From NCBI GenBank assembly GCA_000091205.1, contig AP006502.2: a stretch of DNA of 64,000 nucleotides; one strand, 5' to 3'. The stretch comes from Cyanidioschyzon merolae. Its lineage: Eukaryota. The number at the start of each line of letters is the position of its first letter. Positions within the stretch are counted from its first letter, which is position 1. The notes beneath the pieces were generated by a model. The model was given only the letters and a program-made list of their open reading frames with translations, searched no databases and was not told where the DNA came from. Shown one piece after another: positions 57,493-64,000 of this stretch. A program made the position numbers and the translations under genes.

Positions 57493-58692
57493 CTATGAGA
57501 CTTGTGGCTCAGCGTCTATGGGCGAGTTGGATGTTCCGCTACGGTCGACGTCCGCATCGACAAGTTGCGCGGATGGGCAGTTTTCCACATGCGTCGCGAT
57601 ATGGTCGACAACAGGGCGACCATGTCGCCACAGCCACGCCCCGAAATCATTGCGGCTCCATGCCACAATCCGATTATGAGCGGGTATCCATGGAGCATCG
57701 AATTCGACTGCGTAGCGGTCCCAAGAGACCTGGTTCAGTGCAGACGCCATGCGACGCTCAATGTCCTCGCGATCGCTTCCGCCCGAGTGCTGCACGTTCT
57801 TCTTCTTCTTCTTCGTTTTCTGGTCCCATGTGCAGAGGATCACCAGCCACGCGCCACAGAAATAGACGAAGCTTCGCAATAGGTAGAGCACTCGTGCACC
57901 ACTAGAAAAAGGCGATACAAGCACTGATGCACCCGCGACGTCCGGTTTCAGTTGCAAAGTCTCCGGACGCGACGAAGCGCTAATCGCTTCAGGCCGGAGC
58001 TGCCAGATACGCACATGCGGCGCCTGGTGAATGCAAGTCGCCTCATAGGTTGTAACTGGCACTCGATATCGACGCTCATCGGGCAAAACCAAGGATGTGC
58101 CGGCATTCACCATGAGGTCGTAACTCAGGTTCGCCACAAGTAGGCGAACGCTGAAAGCAGCCATCGCTCTGAGTGCTGCCCGATGTTGCGCCATTCGGAG
58201 TAGGAGAGGTTCCTGTTCCTCGTCCAGTAGAAAGAGTTCGCGACCGGTTTGCCCTGCGAAGACGCCAGCTAAAAAGTGGCTCCATCGGGGGCAGTATCGC
58301 AACAAACCATAGCTGCTCACGCCTAAATGAGGTGTGGCAATACAGATGAGGGTGTGCGGCTCCAGACCCGCGACCTTCGTAGTTCCTTCGGTGTCATCGA
58401 ACAGCGTCTCGAGGGCGCTCCGCACATACAGTCCGCCGAGGCTAAAACCGACGAGCGAGATCCACTGAAGCCGCGACCGATAGTCAGCAACAACGTGCTC
58501 TATTTCCGCAGCGACACGCTTGCCACCTGAACTGATCCCGTCGGTGGTGCGACGCCAGTTGCACTGCACGGTGTGCACCAGCAAGCCACGCTGCTGCAGT
58601 GCGTGCGCGAGGTACGTAAGGTCGCCGGGTGCTCCCTGCAGTCCGTGCACTAGAAAGCAAACATGTTTGCTCGATGTGTTTGACGTTTCCAT
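57493..58692 (-). CDS. DUF676-family putative serine esterase/lipase. The ORF is open from 58995 (GTG); in-frame ATGs are at 58866 and 58692.
   Basis: HVCFLVHGLQGAPGDLTYL and the nucleophile elbow ISLVGFSLGGLYVR (GxSxG) are typical of DUF676/FAM135-like lipases. A poly-Lys stretch KTKKKKKN lies near the C-terminal third. Confidence 0.65.
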   Translation of the reverse strand: METSNTSSKHVCFLVHGLQGAPGDLTYLAHALQQRGLLVHTVQCNWRRTTDGISSGGKRVAAEIEHVVADYRSRLQWISLVGFSLGGLYVRSALETLFDDTEGTTKVAGLEPHTLICIATPHLGVSSYGLLRYCPRWSHFLAGVFAGQTGRELFLLDEEQEPLLLRMAQHRAALRAMAAFSVRLLVANLSYDLMVNAGTSLVLPDERRYRVPVTTYEATCIHQAPHVRIWQLRPEAISASSRPETLQLKPDVAGASVLVSPFSSGARVLYLLRSFVYFCGAWLVILCTWDQKTKKKKKNVQHSGGSDREDIERRMASALNQVSWDRYAVEFDAPWIPAHNRIVAWSRNDFGAWLWRHGRPVVDHIATHVENCPSAQLVDADVDRSGTSNSPIDAEPQVS

Positions 58693-59165
58693 TTGGAGCT
58701 GGAGTTTTGAAGCCGCGTCCCGAGGCGGCGCGCGCCGCTGCGTGTTTACAGCCCGACCTGAACGGGGCAACGGCGTTCGTCTGGACGTGAGGGCAAGGTT
58801 GCTATTGTGGCAGCGTTGCGCCTTGTCGATGCCAAGTAACAGGACGTGTACTTCGCCAGCAAACATAAGCTGGCCTTTGCGGTTGATGCCTGTTTTCGTC
58901 GTCGGCCAACAGGTCGGACTAGTCAGGACTGCAACGAGCCGCGCGCATAACGCTTTGCTACGGTTGCAGCCATGCCCGCTCCGAAAGGTGTCCACGTATC
59001 AGCGTCCAAACGCTCTTCTGACGCAATAAGGCGATGCTTTCGGCAACATGGGCTCTCGAATAGCAACCTTCGGTGCACTTTACTGGAAAACACCCATACG
59101 GATTGTGCCCAACGAGTTACAGCATTGGAGCGTTTACTCCACGTAGCGCGCGTCGGCTTCGTACG

Positions 59166-59190
59166 CGCACACACAAACACACACACACAT
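59166..59190. repeat. (CA)n microsatellite.
   Basis: gcacacacaaacacacacacacat. Confidence 0.7.
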
Positions 59191-59720
59191 GGATAGGGTC
59201 ACTGCTCATGGACACTTGGCTCGGTTTGTGCTTCGTGTCCAAGCTAGTCGTCGTTGCGTCCAGTCAAGTCGCCGAAGAGAAATCAGTATACCTGTCGCGT
59301 GCCGGTATCAGGCGCTGAAGCCTCTGTCCTGACTTTTTGCAAAATGCATCAGCAGCATCATGTCGCTCGTATTCGAGGAGCGGCGGAAAAAGCACATGCT
59401 CATTGCAAGGAATGCAGTGGTCTCCAGTACGGACCTCGAATAAGACCAGCACTCGGAACGCCACTCCAACGAGTGTCCACGCACGAAAGCGATCTCCAGT
59501 CAGTGCTGTATCGTTCGTATCTCGCACAGTCTTTGAACTTGCACGTGGTCGTTTGCGCTGTGGGTCAAGGGCGCTCAGCTGCCGTAGTCCTTGCGTGCAG
59601 TCGGTACCTCACTGATATCCGATACTGTTATTGCTGGATCAAATTGCCGACGACGCGTTTTGTCGCAAGCACTTCTGAAGCACCGGCTTGACCGGTGCAT
59701 CGTTGAAACACATTTTCCAT

Positions 59721-60326
59721 TCAGTCGTTTCGCGCCTCTGCAGAAGGACTCGTGGCATCGTGGTCGGCACTGCTCGCTGTACATTCGCGTGCAGACTGGT
59801 CGGTTGCATGCCAGCCGCGGTTGTAGCGTGTGAACAGCTCATCCAACTCTGCAAGTCGTTTCGGCCCGATACTGCGCTCCTCGAGGCACATTCCAGCCTC
59901 AGGTCCACCGTAAACCTGGAAGTAAGGCAGTGACGTCACGCCTAATGACCGGCAGAGCTTCTTGTTCTCATCGAACTGCACCGCATAACAGCGGATGTAC
60001 TTGGACGCTTGTTGTTGGCTTGCAAGCTCCAAAAAGCGTGGGTACACGTTGGCACACGCGTGACACCAGCTCGCTTTAAACATAACTATTGAGGCTCGTC
60101 CTGCCTCGGTGTCGGCAGTTACCCATTCCACAAAGTGCGCGTGATCTGGGACAAGCCGCACCGGTTCCGACGCGGACGCGGCGCTGGGATCAATGCACGC
60201 GCGCCAGTGCAGAGACCATCTGCGTGACTCTACAGGATGGCTAAGAACGCATAGACGATCAGCAGAACGACCACATCGCCGATAATTCAGGTTCCAACCC
60301 GTAGTGATAAACGCCGCACAACTCAT
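59721..60326 (-). CDS. Thioredoxin-fold protein with non-canonical WCHAC active-site motif. The ORF is open from 60338 (GTG); the first ATG is at 60326.
   Basis: IVMFKASWCHACANVYPRFLELAS...LGVTSLPYFQVYGG follows the thioredoxin pattern (WCGPC replaced by WCHAC). Confidence 0.55.
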   Translation of the reverse strand: MSCAAFITTGWNLNYRRCGRSADRLCVLSHPVESRRWSLHWRACIDPSAASASEPVRLVPDHAHFVEWVTADTEAGRASIVMFKASWCHACANVYPRFLELASQQQASKYIRCYAVQFDENKKLCRSLGVTSLPYFQVYGGPEAGMCLEERSIGPKRLAELDELFTRYNRGWHATDQSARECTASSADHDATSPSAEARND

Positions 60327-60829
60327 GCAACCCTCCACAGCTCACACGTCAACGGATAACAGAAGTACAACAACAGCGTATTTCGTTAGCGAGAGCCGAG
60401 AGCCGGCGCTGCGGTTCCAGCGCGAAACAGTGCACATCGAGTGTCTGTACATGTTAGTTCCAAACGATACAATAAGGAAAGTAATGCTTATTATATGACA
60501 CCTGCACAGATTGCCCTGCGTCTGTGCGGCGCTGCGCGGCAGCAGCAACAGCACCGGGCGCACGCAAAAACGCATCATCTGGGATCAGGCACTGATGCTG
60601 TTTCTAGCCGCCGCCATGCATCCTGTGGCCCTATGTCCGTGATGGGCAGTTTCAGAAAAAAAGGCGGGAAAGCGTCCGCACGCGAGGCACGCACATGCAT
60701 AGACAGCGGATCGACTGTTGCGGGACACGCGCTGCACACACTGCTGTGTACCTTGTTTACTGAACGCAATCTACCGTCTGCGTTCGGATTGTTCGCGGTC
60801 GTCGTTGCTACAGAGCAATCCAAACTGCT

Positions 60830-63580
60830 ATGTTAGACGCGAAACCTGGCGTGGAGCAGTGGGTGCGGCGTCTGGCAGCGCAAGCAGCGCTAGATGAAAG
60901 AACTGTAGACGAAGCGCTGCAACTGGTTGAACAAGTTCGTTTCCCTGAAGACGAGGCCAGCTGGGCAGCATGTGCGCTTCTAGTGGCGGTACAGAGTCCT
61001 GAGACGGCTGGACACGTGCTCGGGGCGTTTCTCCGCTGTGCCGACGTTACACCGCAACCTAGTCCGAAAGGCAGAGGTAACTGTATTAGCGACTTTTTCG
61101 AGCGGGCGAAGATGATCTCACCCACTGCTCAGCGCATGGAGCAGCTCCTCGTGGTTATTGCGAACGTCCACCGCAAGTTTGTGGAACTTTATCAAGGCGA
61201 CATTTTCGACGAGGAACGGGCCTGGATATGTTTTCTCACGGCTCTCGCGCTGTTGGCGTCACGAGGCGGCCCGCTGGGCGAGCTTCCTGACCTCGTGAGT
61301 GCCTACCATCTAATGGTCGCTGTCATCCGCCGGTTGCAACTGAAGATGCTTAAGCAGCCAGATATCCTCGAGGAAGATGTCGAGCGATACTTGGCACGAC
61401 TCGAAACGACGATGATCCCATGGGATGACACGAGCGGCATGCAGGACCTCTACAACAGCGTCTTTGTCGGCCGCCTCGGGTTTGACGGCCGCATTCTACT
61501 GCAAGCACACCATCTGGGACAAATGTTGTGCGAAATGCATAAGTTTCCTGCCAAGGACGCAGCACCCACTTTGGTTCAGAGAGTGAGACCGGAGCGGTGC
61601 GTCCCGCGCTTCTCACGCGTTATCAGCGAAACGCTATCATCGCTTCGTGCAAAACGGCAGCGTATGGAGTCGACACCATTATCGTCGTCGTCGTCATCGT
61701 CGTCGTCGATGGCGGTGAAACCATCTCTGCACGCCGAACAGGTGCCACCTGCCCGTGGCGCATCGGCTGAGGATGAGCAGCATTCATCTACGGCACCAGG
61801 TCCGAAAAGCACCGCTTTGATATATAATGATGCTGAAACGCCGATGCCCTCTACTCAGTGCGTATACCCGGATCAAAAGGACTCCGCCGATGCTGTTTTT
61901 GATGAGCTGGCAGCGGCCGCGGCGCTCCAGAACCTGGCTCGCCCGCGAGAAGCAGATTCCGCGGGCGGCAAAGTTGCTGCTGCCCTTCGGACACCGCAGC
62001 GAGCTGCACTCTCTACGCAGAACCCCAACCGAGTGCCGCCACCCTCGCCACGTCGCACCCCGATTCGGGGCGGTATTGCCTCTGTTCGTTGGGTGCGCGC
62101 TATAACCGCCCTTGCTTCTCGAGTTTGTGATAATCTCCGGGAAACTTACGGTGGACTTGGAGTCGACCCCTTGGGTTTCGCGAATTCGGCAACTGGGTAT
62201 CTGCTCCAGAGCTTTACGGAGCGATTTCATCCCGAAACTGCAGAGCAGCGTATCGGGGAAGTCATGGCAGTGTACTGGTACGCACTGGAAAGCATTTTGA
62301 ACGCTGAGACGCAACGCATGAACGGCTCGACAGACTTTGTGCCGAAACTACTTGCGCTGCAACCTTTTCACAAGGCGCTGCTCCTGTGTGCCGTCGAGAC
62401 GGTGTGCGCATCATACGGCATCCGAGACGAAATCCACTTTGAGCACCTGCTGGAGTCGCTGAAGCTCTCGCCGTTCGATTTCATCAAAATCATTGGCGCC
62501 TACGTGCTCAATGTGGAGAATCTCCCGCCCCAGGCGAAACGTCGTCTTGCAGCCTGCCAGGAGTGCGTGCTCTGCGTGCTGGCCTGGCAGTCGGACTCGT
62601 TACTCGTACGCGCACTTCGCACGGGCGACATGAGCTCCATACCAACAGCGGCATTGGATTTGTTCTTTGACAAGCTGCTGATGCAAGCGGATTATCGCAT
62701 CCTGAACGTCTGTGCTCGCCTCGGCATCTGCGAAGAAGCGTTTGAAAATCGGGTGTGGTCGATTTTCAAACTGGCGCTCACGGAGCAATGGGAGCTCTTC
62801 ATCGGGCGCCATCTTGATACAGTTCTACTTTGCTGCTTCTATGGAGCAGCGAAGACGCAGCGTTCCCTGCAGTTCAAATTTGTGGATATCATTCGAGCGT
62901 ATCGGGCAGTTGTTGCGGACTCTGAATGCATCCGACTGAGTGACTCGCTGCAGACAGTGTATCGGGATCTTGCCTTGGACGATGGTGGACGTGGCGACAT
63001 TATTGCCTTTTACAACCTTATTTTTGTTCCACATATGAAGCGCTACCTGTTGGGACAAACTACTCCAGAGGGTCCAGCCGCTGCTCTCTCAATGAGCAGT
63101 ACACCCGAAAGGCGCCGTGAATCCGAATCTGAACTCGATGCACATCATGTGAATGCTCCGCACGCGTCACCCGTATCTTCTCCTGGCTTGGGACCGCGTA
63201 TCGTGGACAAGATCATTTCGTCGCCGCTGCGTCTACCACGAATACGTAGCCAGTCCGGAGTGGTTAGCCTTCGCGCGAGTCCCGCAACGAGCCCGCGAAA
63301 TACATTCCCAGTTTGGACGCTGCCGACGTATTCTCCGCAGTCTACGCTAACGCCCCTTGCGTCCTCGCGACGAGCGGCGCTTCTGGCAGCGAGATTGCCT
63401 CCGAACGCGTCGCCACAGTTCCAGGCCCCACGGCCCGAGGGCAGCCCCAGCACTCGAACCCAAGCGGCGGCGGCAGAGGCGGAAACGCAGGCGGAGGCAG
63501 CGCCTGCGTCACCGCACCAGCCGTTGGCCGAGCAGCGCATCACATCCCCGCCTGGACGCCGGAAACTTGTCTTTTTCTAA
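60830..63580 (+). CDS. RBR: Retinoblastoma-related pocket protein (RB/RBR family), 916 aa.
   Basis: ATG start. The pocket-B-like region NRVWSIFKLALTEQWELFIGRHLDTVLLCCFYGAAKTQRSLQFKFVDIIRAYRAV...IIAFYNLIFVPHMKRYLL parallels human RB1 pocket B (...[21 protein letters not shown]...KFKIIVTAYKDL...IIVFYNSVFMQRLK). The C-terminus has many S/T-P CDK-type sites. A (TCG)n-encoded poly-Ser run lies at 61681..61709. Confidence 0.75.
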   Translation: MLDAKPGVEQWVRRLAAQAALDERTVDEALQLVEQVRFPEDEASWAACALLVAVQSPETAGHVLGAFLRCADVTPQPSPKGRGNCISDFFERAKMISPTAQRMEQLLVVIANVHRKFVELYQGDIFDEERAWICFLTALALLASRGGPLGELPDLVSAYHLMVAVIRRLQLKMLKQPDILEEDVERYLARLETTMIPWDDTSGMQDLYNSVFVGRLGFDGRILLQAHHLGQMLCEMHKFPAKDAAPTLVQRVRPERCVPRFSRVISETLSSLRAKRQRMESTPLSSSSSSSSSMAVKPSLHAEQVPPARGASAEDEQHSSTAPGPKSTALIYNDAETPMPSTQCVYPDQKDSADAVFDELAAAAALQNLARPREADSAGGKVAAALRTPQRAALSTQNPNRVPPPSPRRTPIRGGIASVRWVRAITALASRVCDNLRETYGGLGVDPLGFANSATGYLLQSFTERFHPETAEQRIGEVMAVYWYALESILNAETQRMNGSTDFVPKLLALQPFHKALLLCAVETVCASYGIRDEIHFEHLLESLKLSPFDFIKIIGAYVLNVENLPPQAKRRLAACQECVLCVLAWQSDSLLVRALRTGDMSSIPTAALDLFFDKLLMQADYRILNVCARLGICEEAFENRVWSIFKLALTEQWELFIGRHLDTVLLCCFYGAAKTQRSLQFKFVDIIRAYRAVVADSECIRLSDSLQTVYRDLALDDGGRGDIIAFYNLIFVPHMKRYLLGQTTPEGPAAALSMSSTPERRRESESELDAHHVNAPHASPVSSPGLGPRIVDKIISSPLRLPRIRSQSGVVSLRASPATSPRNTFPVWTLPTYSPQSTLTPLASSRRAALLAARLPPNASPQFQAPRPEGSPSTRTQAAAAEAETQAEAAPASPHQPLAEQRITSPPGRRKLVFF

Positions 63581-64000
63581 ACAAACGCACGGTGCTGATC
63601 AATGAACGCACTCCTCCTCTGAACGATGCGTTTGCGAATATGTCCTGCAGCGCAGCACGATCGCTGAACAACCCTTGACTGGACAGTGCCAGGACCGATT
63701 CCGTTGCGTGTTCGTGCGGGCGCTTCACGCCAGTCACGTTCCGTGACGCAGTTCCTCGAGATCCGGCACCGTCGTGCGTTACGTACTAGTGCAGTAGCAA
63801 GTGAAGCAGAGTGAAGCAATGCGCCCACAGCGACCGTACAGAACACTTTGCTAGCTGGACGAACGTTACGCATGCGCCTCTCGCATCAGAGGAGGCCACT
63901 GCATTGACCGATGTTACGAGCCAATGCGCTCCGAGAAGCGCATTTGAGCACCATGCGTTGACCAGGGGCGTCTGACACACCACCCCTCCGTGTTACGAAG

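Overview
This window looks like a nuclear contig from a GC-rich (~55%), intron-poor microbial eukaryote. Housekeeping genes run as long uninterrupted ORFs on both strands, an intron-containing tRNA-Pro has a Pol III T-run terminator, and genes end with standard stop codons. I could not place the lineage from sequence alone. A stramenopile or oomycete-like organism is only a guess. The ORF track uses GTG/TTG as starts, so where possible I moved gene starts to the first in-frame ATG.

Recognisable genes are a PEX10 RING peroxin, a DeSI/PPPDE isopeptidase, the NatA auxiliary subunit NAA15, an AMPK/SNF1 beta subunit, a SURF6-like protein, an AS3MT-type arsenite methyltransferase, a bacterial-type RecD2 helicase, an Fe/Mn superoxide dismutase, an N-formylglutamate amidohydrolase-family protein, ribosomal protein eS30, a 5'(3')-deoxyribonucleotidase, the non-phosphorylating GAPDH GapN, a DUF676 lipase-like protein, a thioredoxin-like protein and a retinoblastoma-related protein.

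The most interesting content is two diverged copies (about 65-70% nucleotide identity) of a eukaryotic TnpB/Fanzor-like RuvC nuclease gene inside transposon-like elements at 1..~2352 and ~24311..~26553. Each copy carries different inactivating lesions, including substitutions at what I read as RuvC catalytic Asp positions. Both copies share tiny in-frame GT...AG introns. Both have a better-conserved 3'-terminal ~45 nt that may be the omega-RNA scaffold and right element end.

Other structure: a dispersed ~300-nt repeat family with at least five copies in both orientations; two near-identical 1.2-kb direct repeats flanking the deoxyribonucleotidase gene; and an 82-bp tandem repeat with a perfect 14-nt palindrome upstream of the eS30 gene.
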